Shown: positions 1 to 12,404 of the stretch, piece by piece
How the letters are laid out: each line of letters begins with the position of its first letter
How positions within the stretch are numbered: position 1 is the stretch's first letter
Origin: Catajapyx aquilonaris
Taxonomy: Eukaryota
DNA length: 64,000 nucleotides
Assembly (NCBI GenBank): GCA_000934665.2
Contig: JYFJ02002523.1
Span: forward strand, 1 to 64,000
Direction: 5' to 3'
Notes under the pieces: model-generated
The model's input: the letters and a program-made list of their open reading frames with translations, nothing else
The model's database searches: none
Told to the model about the DNA's origin: nothing
Made by a program: the position numbers and the translations under genes

Positions 1-169
1 CACTCTCTCAACCCACCACCCACCCACCCCCGCCCACCCGGCCTGCCTTTCCCGCTCCCACGACTATAATTGGACTTGCGCCGTTGCCCAATATCAGCGT
101 CGGGGAAAAAAAGGGCGGGAAGTGCGCCCCCACCAGGTCAAAGTTCACGGGGCTGGGCGCTGACCTCGC

Positions 170-219
<50 letters not shown>

Positions 220-241
220 TAATAATTAATAATAATAATAG
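170..241. repeat. (AAT)n microsatellite
   Basis: Run of taataataat... with minor interruptions near 219-228. Confidence 0.95.
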
Positions 242-3200
242 GTTGGTTATCAGGCGGGGTGTATAGTAATGTGTTTTTAAATGGATTTAACATGCCCTAG
301 GTGGGAGGTCATCGATTTGGATTGGGGGCAGGCGTCCTTCCGGTGGTGTTGCCGTGGACACCGTGTCCGGAGCGGGTATCGATGTATCGGGTGTATCGGG
401 ATGGAGCCACGTGCATGCGCGGGTCGTTCGGATTAACGCCAGGTGGGAAAATTTGGATGTCGCAAATGCCATCCGGGAGGTCCGGGGTTACTTTGGGGGT
501 TTTTTTTTTTTTTGTAATGTGAGGGATGCAAGTGCGTTATTCCGCTTGACTGGGTGTAGTCCGTAGCCTACCTGGCCCACGGTGACCCCTTTGCCCGAAA
601 GTGCTCATATATTGCCCATACTTCATGGGGACTGTCTCCACATATGTGGGTGGCTGGAGGACGCATGGCGCAGATGGCGTCTATAGAGGTGGAGGAAGAA
701 GGAAAAGGCAACCCTCCCCCTTCTCCTACCTCCCATCCCCTCCCCCTTTTCCCTTCCATCTCCCACCCCACCCTTCCCCTTTCCAGCTCCACCCCCCCTG
801 AAAAAACTCCCCCCTTTCTCCCTCCCTCCCTCTCCCCTCCCCTAGTGCAGCAACAGCCTATTTCGATCCCCTCCCAGGCAGTTCCGTTGGCAGGGGGGTG
901 GTAGTAGGGTGGGGATGGGAGGGGGAGGGAAAAGGGGGAGGGGGGGGTCTGTGGGGGGGAGGGGAAGTGGTTTTAGGTGGGAGGGGGAGGGTGGATAGTG
1001 GGAGGGTGGGTGGGTTGCTGCGATCTAATCAGGCTTGGCGAGAGGGGTGGGTGGGTGGGTGGATAACAACCACGTCCACTGAAGCCCCTCCACCTGCGCA
1101 ATGACCTGGTAAGGTCACCCCATGACCCACCATATGTGGAAGAGTGCAATAGCCACCAATATTGCGTTTGCCAAAGGTTCCCAACCTATACGGTACCGTA
1201 TGTTTGTGTCGGCGCGCGTAATGACACCTGTGCTTAATGTTGATGGCCATTTACGGGAGTCCCCCAGATTAATGGTTATCAATATTTTCTCGGGGAGGTC
1301 GACCCTCGTGGTGTTTTTTCGCGCGATTTTTTTAAAAAACGGGGTTTGAAATTATTTGTTTACGTTTTAGAGGTCAGGTGGTGCGTACACATGTATGGGT
1401 GGGTGGGTGGTGGGTGGGAGGGAGTTTCGAACTGGCAACCCGGGAGGAGGGTGGAGGACCTTTCCGTAGCTCGCCTCCACCCACTCAACCCCACATTTTC
1501 TCCCCCCCCCCTCCCATCCCCTCCTCCCTCCCACCCAGCCAACCTACCCCCCCTTTTCCAACCAACTACCCCCCCCCTCTCTCTCTCCTCTCTCCAAACC
1601 ACCCTCTCTCCCCCCACTCCCACTACCCACCAATCTCCCCTCCACCCCCCTCCCTACCTCCTCCCCCTCCCTGGCTGGCTGAATATGGTAGAGAATAGTG
1701 CGAGTCAGCGAGTGGCGCAGACCTACAAGTTCGTAGCTGCCGCGCGATACAAGTCGCGATATTTTGCCGGTTTGCTGCGACATTAGTTCCTGTCTCGTGG
1801 CCTTATCGGCTTTGCCTTCTTTCTTTTTTTTCTGTCACGAGTGTGTTTTTCGAGCGCGATCATAGGTTGGTTGAGTGAAAGAGAGGGCTTTTTAAACAAA
1901 TTCTTGTATTAAGGTGCGAAGCGAGGAATTCGTGCGAAATCGCGCGCGGTTTGCGGTTTGTTTTGTTTTGGGATCAAGATCATTGGATGACATACTTTGC
2001 AGCTGCGTTTTTTTTTTTGTAATGGTTCAATTGACATCATTGTTGTCTTTAGTAAGCGAGTTACTAATGACAACATATTGTGATGCCATGTGGACATTGC
2101 AAAAATAGTGGCCCGATAGTAAGCGCTGATGGCCCGTCGAAATACCTGATTATTGTCGTAAATACGGTCTTATCAGTCGGAACGGGGGGCCGTGTTTTTG
2201 ACAAGTTTATGGCGGGGTCGTTTAAAGGGGGTCGAGTGTCCGTACCTTGATTGGGTGGGAGCGGGTTATGAGCCAAGTGTCATACAGGTAGCGACATTTT
2301 CGGAATTCGAGTAGAAAGCGGGGCGATTTTGAATTATCCCCTGTCAACACACTTGGGCGCCAAGTTTTGGCGAGGGCTATACCAGATCCAGCAGTTGCGA
2401 GTGGGATGGCCCCATGTGGACTCCGTCGTAGCACATAATGTACCATGTACTTTTTGGGGGGGTTATTTCACCCCACCCCTCCCCCACCCCACCACCCCCT
2501 CCCCCATCCCCTCTTTTCTCGTGATGTACTCGCCCAGAAGCGATGGTAGGGGGTGGAGGGATGGTGGGAGGGTGGGGGGGAGAGAGGTTTGGAGAGNNNG
2601 ATGGTGGGGGAGGTGGGTGGGTGGGAAAAGAGGGGGACTTGTGAAGGGGGAGGGGTTGCTGAGAGGATTCAGGGAAGGAGGGGTTGGGTGGGTGGGTGGG
2701 TGGGGAGAAAAGGGGGAGGTTGAAGGGATGGTTGAGGGAGGTGGGGGAGGGAGATGTGGGTGGAGAAGAGAGAGGGAGTGGGGTGGTAGGGAGGAGGAGG
2801 GTGAAATAAAACATTGTGAGGTTGCTAGCCCAGCTCTCAGTCTAGGGAGTGGCGACGCTGCACTTACATCGTATTTAGGGGGGGTTCGGGTGTATTAACA
2901 GGTGTGAAATCAGTTTATAGTAGCTTATTTTTGATTTTTTTTTTTTAATAATATATCTCGGGGGCAATAGCCAGGTGCGAACTCGGGTCGCGAGAGATGG
3001 TTGAAGGCATTGTTTCTTTTCCTCTGGCGCGCCTTGCAATCACATGTGGCTTTGAGCGGCAATCAAGGGGGGAAATTCAAAAAGGGCGAAATCTGGAAAT
3101 GTGCGCGGAGGACGGCCAATAGAAATGCGGGAGCGTCAGTTTTTGGGAGCAGGGAAGGGGTGTTGCCGGATCGAGGGTCCGAGTGTGGGTGGGAGGGTGT

Positions 3201-3549
3201 GGGGTAAGGGCGGCAACGTCGCGGGAGTCAAGTGGTGATGTAGCGCGTGGGTGGGAGAGAGACGAAGAAGGGGTGAAGGAAAGGGTGGAGGAGGAAGATC
3301 GGGGGGTGGAGGGAAGGTTGGATGGCCCGGAGGCGGTGGGAGTAAAGGGAGGGGAAAAAATATATGTATCCAACTAATCCAAGAATGTCTTTGATAGGTT
3401 GGCAGTGTAATGTTCGGGTATTGCAAATCAATGGGTTCGATCATAAGTACAGGGTGGTGTACCAAGGGTCAATATTTTAATTATTTAACTTTTTAGTTTT
3501 ATTTTTTATGTACGGTGATTTCAATTACATTTTCATTTATAAGTAATTT

Positions 3550-3785
3550 AAATTCAATTTTGATCTAATTTCATGTAAATTAAATTTTGATATATTATTT
3601 TTATTCATTCAATTTTGATTTAATTTCATTTAAATTAAATTTTGATATATTATTTTTATTCATTCAATTTTGATTTAATTTCATTTTGATTTTAAATCTT
3701 TATTCAATATTGATTTATTTTTATTTAATTTCATTTTGATTTTAAATCTTCATTCAATATTGATTTATTTTTATTTAATTTCAAT
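3550..3785. repeat. AT-rich compound minisatellite (~55-bp and ~50-bp units)
   Basis: attcaattttgat recurs at 3552, 3607 and 3662 (period 55); tcattttgattttaaatctt(t/c)attcaatattgatttatttttatttaatt recurs at 3681 and 3731 (period 50). Confidence 0.85.
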
Positions 3786-5107
3786 TAAGCTTTCATTAAT
3801 TTTTATTTGAAATCTCCATTCACATTTGATGTAAATTGTGTTATTTAATGTCATTTAAGTTTTCATTAATTTTTAACTTATTTGGAATCTCCATTCAAAT
3901 TAGATTTAAATTTTGTTATTTAAATTACTGTTTTAAAAGAAATACAGTATTTAAATCGCAGTATACATGATTTTTCTTCCGCCCCGCAATAGCTATAACT
4001 TGATCAAAAACATACGGCAGTCACCCACTGCCGACCTGGCCCGAGTCCGATATATTGAGACGGTCGGCAACCAGCGTTGCAAACATGCTGGAATTGTCAT
4101 ATCCGGATCTTGCAGGGGGATTCCCCAATGCGATGATGGTGGGAGGGGAAAATAATGTGGCTGATGGATACTTCCGGTGGGATGGGAGAGTTGTGAGGGG
4201 GAAATGAGGGGACTTTTTTTTGTTTCTTTTTTTGGCAGATTCGGTGCATTTGGAGGGCGCGGGATGAGTGTCGGGGGCCTGTCATCGGGCGAATGCTGGA
4301 TGGAGCCGATGGGGGGATGCGATTGGGGAGCGGGTCGGGGACCAATCAACGGGAGGGATGGAGGACCCGCGGGTTGTCAGGGATGGTTGTGCGGAATTTG
4401 GATATTTACGGAGGATGACCCATATTTGATGCGCGCATTTTTTTAAACATCAATTGAATGGGTATTCTGAAATTTAAGTTTTGTCTTGGAAAACGGTATG
4501 CCTTTTTATAAGTTGCAAACTTTGTAATTTAAGAATTTTATGACCATTTTTTAAGATTCCGATTTAATGTGGTGTGTTGAGTTAAAATCCTGCGCAGATG
4601 GGGTTTGAAGAGGCCACTTTGGAAGAATATGTTAATAGGTGGAGGGGATAGCAGTGGGGCAGGGGGAGATACCCGGGATTATCAGGATGAGGTGTTGGGA
4701 AAGCTGCGTCTGTTGGCAAGTTTCCCAACAAGATGCAGTGCTCCCTGATGGTTATTTCGTGATCTATTGCATGGGTAATTGTTGTTCTTGCGAAGGTTTT
4801 GCGCCAGAAAATTGCTGTAAAATTTGACAGTATGGAAAGTACGATTTTCGATGCATATGCCATGTTCTTAGGTGGAATTCTTTTAAATTTATCATGGCTA
4901 TCACAAAAAGAAAATGAATAGCTTACAATCCTTACATCCTTCTCAACACTCACAATCAGAATTAGAACTAGTAAACGATAAATTAAGTACTGGTGAAAAT
5001 AAATGGCAATCATCTGTAGTAATTTTGGAGGATTTTGCCCTCTCAATTTGAATTACTGCATTTTGACTAATATGTTCAGTAGAAACCAAATTACACATTA
5101 AGTGAGG

Positions 5108-5409
5108 CAGTGGTTCCCAACGCTAGGGTCGCTACACGAAATTGGGACGCCAACATGTTTTTAAGGGTGGCAGGGAAGGTCGGGGGGGGGGGGGGGGGNA
5201 AGGAGTAAAATTTAAACGGAAAAAATAACAAAATAAGGCAAAGCAGGGAAATTTCGGGGGGAAATTCATCTCAGATCTGAGCAAGCATTGTACTGTACAC
5301 GAGCTTGAAAGTTTGGTAATTTACAGAATTGGGCAGTAAATCGAAATTGGGCAAGGTGGGCGAGGGGGGGGGTTATAGTGTTGCGAAGAAATAAGGTTGG
5401 GAACCACTC
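5108..5409. mobile_element. Non-autonomous hAT (Charlie-like) MITE relic, ~300 bp
   Basis: 13-bp terminal inverted repeat AGTGGTTCCCAAC (5109-5121) / GTTGGGAACCACT (5396-5408), resembling CAGTGGTTCCCAA-type hAT termini; 8-bp flanks aagtgagg / acgtgaat match at 5 of 8 (possible decayed TSD); no ORF. Confidence 0.65.
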
Positions 5410-6301
5410 ACGTGAATTGTGGTGAACAGCTGTACATTTTGTACACGTTTGACACCTCAGGACTACCTAAATTACCTAATTATGTGCTCCTATGAACCAT
5501 TAAACCATTGGCCGTTGTGCTTTTGTTGCTACTTTTGGGAATAGGAAATCAACAGGATGGCATAGGCTGTGACCCACTAATCATGTCACAAATTTTTTTT
5601 GTTATTAATTTTCAAATGGGCTTTTCATAAATGAAACATGTATAAGTCACCAATGTGTGCATATTGGGCTGTTCATACCACAATTTATTCTCTCCAGAGT
5701 CTTATTGTGTTAAGGTGTACCAGGAGTCATAAAAAAAACTACCCTACTGTTTGCATCTCATCTTCATATCTAGATGTAATTATGATTTTGAGAATGAGAT
5801 GCAATTGCAAGAACAACTGAAAAATGTCCAAAGAATAAGGGTTCTAGTGGTTTTGAAAATCAAAACTTTTATTTGGATTTTAGAACTTTGGTGCAGTTTT
5901 GTGATATATGAAAATGCAGGGGAAAAATAATAATTATTTGAGGCCATCATTAAAAAGTCAAATCCCTTTTTATATTTTAGCAATTTAAATCTTACACATC
6001 AAGGATTTATGCTGCTTAGATTAGTGTTAAAATTTTCAGGGGATGTTGCATTTTTTGGGAGCTTGCCTAACTGATATCCTGCACTGGGTAACCAATACTG
6101 TTTATATATTTTGAACTCTTTTAGCACACAAACGCGACCCCATGACATTATGTCTTACAGGCTGGTTGCTGCAGAGAGTTCTGCCTTGAGCTGTGAGGCG
6201 TGTTATGCAGCAGGTGCAATTCTACGTGTGAGTCCTGAACAGCCAACACCATTTCCTTCCCGTCGCTCCCGAGGGTGCTTGCGCACCCTTTCGCCTTGCG
6301 C

Positions 6302-7878
6302 ATGGCGCGGCTGAGGATGGATGGACCGCTCTCCCTGGTCGCCATGGACTGCTACGAGGACATGTTCAAGGAGATCACCAAGAAGCTGTACGGGGATGAT
6401 GGTCTCGGGGACATGGTGGACACCCCTGGGCCTGGAGGACCTGAGGCCCGCCCCGCCATGACCAACTATGAGGACTCAGGGGGGACCTTTCGAGATGAGC
6501 CCCTCTCCTTAGGGGGAGGAGGGGGGTTGGCCCTTCTCTCCAATGGGCTAGCCCCCAGCGAAGGTGGGGGAGGAGGGGGAAGCCAACATTCGAGCCGCCC
6601 TAAGGAGAAGCGCAGCAGAAACAGCAACAACAACACTGCCCCTGCAGGTGAAGACAAGTGGTTTGAGAGCGATGAGGTGTTGGGCTGGACCAACTCCAAG
6701 GTAGCCAGCTACAACCCATCACAGAAGATCTTCCGCTGTGTGGACTGCGACTGTGCCGGATTCCTCTCCCGGGTGGCAGAACACTGGCTGGGCACTCACG
6801 CCAATCTAAGAGTGTTCCAGTGTCCACGCTGCCCCTACACAAGTGCATGGGCACGTTGCGTCCGCATGCATCTAACAAGGCAGCACAATGAGCAATATCT
6901 GGATGGGAACCTGTGGAAGGAAAATCCAGTTTTGGAAGAGGTGACCAAGTTTCTTCAATCACTCAAGACCAAGGTGGAGAGCAAGGTTGAACCGCCACAG
7001 GTTACTGTGGACAAGCGCTACTGCTGCGCCTTCTGCCCCTATGCAACTGACCGTCGAGACCTGTTCACCCGCCATGAGAATATTCACAAAGATGAAAAGC
7101 CCTTCCAGTGCTACATTTGTGAGAAGCAGTTCAACCGAGCCGATCATGTCAAGAAGCACTTCCTGCGGATGCACCGTGACCAGCATTATGACATCAATCG
7201 GATCAGGCGGCATCCACTGAAGGGCCACAACAACAATGCTGCTGCAGCTGCAGCAGCAGCAGCCGCAGCTGCTATTACAACCACCGTCCCTTACTACCCT
7301 AAGTACACCCCACTGCCAGGGGTTGTCCCGAGAGAACCAGACAACTCGCAGCCAACTCTCCAGCCACTGGACTTCTATTCTGGCAACACCAAGGTGCACA
7401 AAATGGAGCCTCCCCCAGTGCCTCCTCCCCGCCCACCACTGCCTCCTCCGCCTCCGCCAATGGCTCACCCTCCCCTCACACCTCCCCTGAATATGGTAGC
7501 TCCAAGACCTCCTCCTCCTCCGCCCCCTCCTCCTGAGCACCACCCCCACCCACCACAACCGCAACCACAACCACAACACCACCACCACCACCATACACCT
7601 AAATCTCATGGTGGAAACAGCAATAAGAAGAAGAAGCCAGGTGACAAGATGTACTCCTGCACTTACTGCCCCTGGCAAGGAGTGGACAACTGGTGCCTGA
7701 AACGCCATCTCAACACTCACATCAAGCCCTTCCTGTGTGCCCTTTGCGAGTACAAGGCGGCACGGTCAGAGCGACTTGCCACCCATGTGCTCAAGGTGCA
7801 CAGCAAAAGAGTGTGCAGCAAGTGCCCCTTCCTGGCTGATGACCTGGCTTCCCTCAGCCAGCACTTGCAAGAGCACCA
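6302..7878 (+). CDS. chn: Charlatan-like C2H2 zinc-finger transcription factor, coding exon 1
   Basis: N-terminal YEDMFKEITKKLYG motif and fingers CPYATDRRDLFTRHENIHKDEKPFQCYICEKQFNRADHVKKHFLRMH and CEYKAARSERLATHVLKVH match Drosophila Charlatan as I recall it. Acceptor tgtcttacag ends at 6160; in-frame TGA at 6236; first ATG 6302 (alternatives 6317 and 6344, the latter gccATGG); donor CA|GTAAGT at 7879, phase 2. Confidence 0.88.
7237..7595 (+). repeat. Coding low-complexity tracts (poly-Ala, poly-Pro, PQ repeat, poly-His)
   Basis: A12 run, several P-runs and QPQPQPQHHHHHH in the translated linker between finger clusters. Confidence 0.85.
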
Positions 7879-9809
7879 GTAAGTGCGATGCCTCATCGAG
7901 AGAGAGAGAGAGAATGGGAAATGAAATAGTAAAATTTATAGAGATCCTTTTCCTCTCCTTCCAGCCATCAATACTCCCAAAAATCCTTTACCTAAAGTGT
8001 AACATTTAGTCAAAGCTTGGATTGTACCTTACACTATTTGTTCTTGTATACATGAAAGGTGTTAGGAGAGCATGTAAAAATGTCATGGTCAACATTAGTT
8101 ACTTGTTGAATGCAAACCCATCCTTGTCCTATGTGTTTTGAGTCCCCACAGAAAGTCATCCGTTGAAATGTTTTAAATATTGCCGAAACATGGTTTCAGT
8201 TTTGTACCGGGTTGTCAAGCCACTACGGTTTTACTTTGTGTGATGCAGTTGTTTTGGATTATGTATGAGAAAATGGCATCCCTTTCATGTATGCAAGTTT
8301 GTGAGAACTGGTTATTGCTCACAAAGTAAATTTTCCCACTGACCATCCTGACCCACCCCCTGAACCATACCCACCTACAAAAGAAAAGGTGCTCTCTTTC
8401 AGTTGGCTCTGTACTCGTAGCTATCGAGTTGAAAGGTGTTATACCATATCGTCGGTTCACTGGTCTGAGCAGGGTTTTATGATACCTCAGCAGCATTCCC
8501 CTCCAAAATTACTTTTCTCCCCCCTCAATGCCCTGACCTCAGTACCTCTTGACTCTGACCACAAATAATTTCTTTCAGTCCCCAACGCGCTTTGGCAAAA
8601 GGAGGCAAAACTAGCCTTGTACTTCACTGAGACTTGATCATACGTGCTCCAGGATTACAGGCGCTACAGTAAGTGTGAATTCAAAAGAACCAAAACCGTA
8701 GATGTGTTGGAAACCTTCGCTAGAATGAGCACCGATGCCGTTTTTAATCTCTTGCAGTATGTTCATAGTGTGGACCTTGTTTGTGACCTCTCCAAATTGT
8801 TCCTTGTCCACCCACTTTAAAATATTGCACTCGGTTGGGCAGAGAAAATTTGGAGGGGATTGCAGGATGTCTCAATTTTGTTTTGTCACATGTACCGGTG
8901 CAGAGGTGCTCATTCTGTCTTACACCAGTTGAACTGACGATATTTGTAGAAGCAAGAGAGGCTCCTGTTGTTTTTTAAAGTTTCTTTATTATTATTATTA
9001 TTATTATTTTCTGGATATGAATGAGGCACTCTCTCTGTGCCTAAGTTTAGGAGTAGATATGCATGGTGCTATCAACATTTCTTTATATTTTCCCTACTCG
9101 TTCGAATTTTAATGTGACGTGATATAGTATGGGCAAGGAAATTCTTGCATGGTCAGTGACATGGGATTTTTACATTTCTTCTGGATGCATGCATGCATAT
9201 ATACTGTCATGGAACATGTGTCCTTGTTGCAGACTGCATACTGGTACAGCCCCGAGCATAAAGTTGGAGGTGCTGCAGGCCTTCTCTGACCTTTCTTGAA
9301 CAGACTCAAATTAATGGATTCATTTTGGGCCGAGTTAGCTGCTTTAGGCGTGTGTGCGTGTATTTATTACCGTATATTTGATCTTGTAATGGGGGGGAGG
9401 GAGGGGGGGCTGCCAGAGCCCCCTCCCGGAGGAGAGGGCCCACCGTCTCCAATATTATGCTCGGGGCTGTTGATTGTGAAGTAACACACGTAAATTTCAT
9501 GTTGCATTAGTCAGCGCAAATGGAATTGCAAGTTGTTACTCATTATTCTTAAAAAGACATTGACTGTTTTTAAGCAAGGCCAGAGTGATTAGAGGTCACT
9601 AATTTTTTGCAATGCCGCTTCAGGCTGTGTCCCATATTAATGAACAATTGCTGATAAATTTCATAACTGCTGACATTTATTATGCTATTATCTTGGAGGC
9701 TGTGCTTTTTTGCAACAAGGACATCACATAGCATTCATTTTCTTGCCTCTGCACCCATGCATAAGTAAGTGTTTGCTCATTTGTAACGTGCTGTTTTATC
9801 TGATTGCAG

Positions 9810-10965
9810 CCAGAACCCTTTGGTAAAGAGCGGCTTCAGTTGCAACATCTGCTCCGAGTACTTTGAGATCCGGGCTGACCTGGAGGCCCACAGCATCCTG
9901 GAGCACAACAAGCTGATTGTCCAATGCGACCTGTGTGACTTCCGCACCACGGATGAGGCCAGTATGGAAGACCATCTGAGGGAGAAACACCACATCCCAG
10001 ACCTAGTGGGTGCTGCTGTCATCGCCTCTGGGGTTGTGGAGGCTGATCCAGGAGGAGGAGGCACCATGGATGAGTTCTTCTGCGGGGAGTGTGGGTGTGA
10101 GTTTGCAGATGGCCAATCCCTCCAGATACATGAGCAGACTCACCACCGCTCCTCTGAGTCACCCCAACGAGCGCCTTTTGTGTGCAGCATGTGTTCATTT
10201 GGGTGCACATTCCAGTCAACCATGATGGAGCACATGAGGGTGCACATTGGATCCGTGCTGGGCTGCCAGGCTGAAGGGTGTGACTTCCGCACACCATTTG
10301 AGATGATCCTCAAGGAGCACGTTTTTGCTGCACATGTCCAGCGGGAGGAATCTGGTGATGTGTCTGCTGCGCCTGTCCGCTGCCTGCATTGTGGGCTGCG
10401 TGTGGCTTCCTGTGCTGTCTTTACGCGGCACTGGCGACTGCATCACAGGGACATGTGTACTCTTTGTACCTATGTGTATCGGAAGAGGTTTGGGGTTAGG
10501 GACACAGCATTACGGACATTAAGGCGTGGGAGCAATGGTGCACTTAACCACGTGCAATTAACAGATGGTAGTGGGAAGCGCTCTCGTAAGCAGTCGTGCC
10601 CACGTAAAGTGGTGCCACTGCCGGACACATCAGAAGTGCGTGTGACAGCGCGCCGGTGCCGGCGGACTCGGCTAAGGCGTGCATGCAGACGAAGTGCAAC
10701 TGTGAGGCGCCTTGCTGAGAAGTATGTGTCCATGGAGGGGCGCCGGAGGGGCACCCGTTGCCGCCTCTGCCGCATCAATGTGCGATACGTTGGACGGACC
10801 CATCTACTGCTGCACCATGTGTGGCATCACTGGTTTCGCAAATTTCGATGTGAACACTGCCCAGAGAAGTATCGCCACCAGTACCAGGTACTTCTGCACT
10901 CCAGCCGGGCACACGTGGACGTCACCAAGCTCGCCCTGCTCAACTCAGGGCTCACCTCTATTTGA
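9810..10965 (+). CDS. chn: Charlatan-like gene, terminal coding exon with multiple C2H2 fingers
   Basis: Acceptor ttttatctgattgcag ends at 9809. Phase-2 join CA+C gives ...HLQEHH-QNPLVKSGFSCNIC..., in frame with the 381-aa ORF containing about 8 CxxC...HxxxH units; stop TGA 10963-10965. Confidence 0.8.
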
Positions 10966-12081
10966 AAAGAGGCCAATGGACAGTGACCCCTCCGACTCTT
11001 CTTACCTGTTCTTTTATTATAAGTGCATTGTTGTCGCATCCATACGTCATTATTTCTTCTCCCCTTGCCTCCCAGCTACTAGTGTACTTAATCTGGTTGG
11101 CGTGTTCACAGGGCAACATGACTTGGGGACCACTCAGGATCTTCATTTCTACCATTTTATTTATTGATCTCGCAGAGATTGTTGTGTTCTTCACTTGAAA
11201 TGGTTGTGTCTGGGGAGCAATATATGAAGTTTTGATGTAAAAAATAATGCACACAGCTTGGAAACAGAATGTCGAATGATCGAAATCATATAAGCCCGAA
11301 TTCACTTCAATAATTCAAATGTTAAGTCTTTCCATGCATCAATTGCTTAATGGGAATTTACCGAATGCCAAAGATTATTGTTGTAACTGGTGTTCAAGAT
11401 ACATGATATTATGGCAGTTCTGATATTATAATGCTTTTTGTCTTATATTGTTGCTAACTTTAGTTTAAAGGATGATTTAAATCTTCATTGGTGACCTAAC
11501 ATGCTTTTATCAGATTGTTTTACGAAATGCCTCAGTTACTGAACTTGTACGCAGGTTCAGAAATTGCCCTCTTGCAAAGTTAAAATTCAGTTTGAAGAAT
11601 CATTTGGGGGAATCAATGAGTAGCTCTTCTCAGCAGCATTGTTTGTTGCAACTTTTTACGAATTGATTGTGGTTACAAGTGAAATTTTTCTCTTAACCGG
11701 AAGAGAACGAAGCCTTTTCCAAACGATACTGCCTTTGTAGGACAAATACCGTACTGACACATGCCATTTTTGAGCTGTGGACACAATCATCACAACTTGT
11801 TTAGTTTTCTTTACAACATTTGACTCAGCGCCCTATACTGCCTGACCTATTCGCGCCAGTCTGATATTGTTATTGCAAGTGCAGACTGTTCAGTACAAAC
11901 TTACAAGTGATTTTCATTAATTTAAATGTGAAGTTGGTAGTAGGTGTGCTGGAGTTTTTGTTTAGACTGATTGTAGCATCAGTAGCCAAATTGGGTTAAA
12001 CGTTATTATTATACTTTTTGTTGTTTACACTTTTTGAATGGAAGTAGAATTTGATTTGGGAGACGACTCCTGGAGATTATG

Positions 12082-12404
12082 AATAAATGGCCATAACTGC
12101 ACTTGAAATTGCAAAGGAAGCGGATATGCAGCAATTTACATTCATTTTGGTACAAGTATGACGCTGCATGCAGCAACGATGCACACTTAGTATGTAGAAT
12201 AATTCAGATCGAGATGTTAGTTAAAAGCTTGGAGTCAGCCAAAAATTTACATTGCCAGGCAGCTCTGAGAACATGAATCTTTTTAAGAACACTGCATTCA
12301 AACCTGCTGTATATGTTCGTCCCATTTAGCCATGTGTAAGTTGTGTACCATGATTTTTGCCATATGAATAAGCATTTTTACAATCCCATGTATCCCACAA
12401 TAAA
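12082..12404 (+). promoter_or_regulatory. Candidate polyadenylation signals of the zinc-finger gene
   Basis: AATAAA at 12082-12087 and 12399-12404, the second followed by T/GT-rich sequence. Confidence 0.35.

Noticed and set aside
568..3465. Pro-rich or Gly/Glu/Trp-rich ORFs, including a HICGD string reminiscent of PPP phosphatases
   Set aside because: Products of homopolymeric C/G runs; the GDxHG motif is not intact and sequence quality is doubtful
4582..5046. 154-aa minus-strand ORF
   Set aside because: Non-ATG start, no recognisable domain, no supporting exon chain
6959..7720. 253-aa minus-strand ORF
   Set aside because: Antisense shadow of the GC-rich, low-complexity charlatan exon; no independent features
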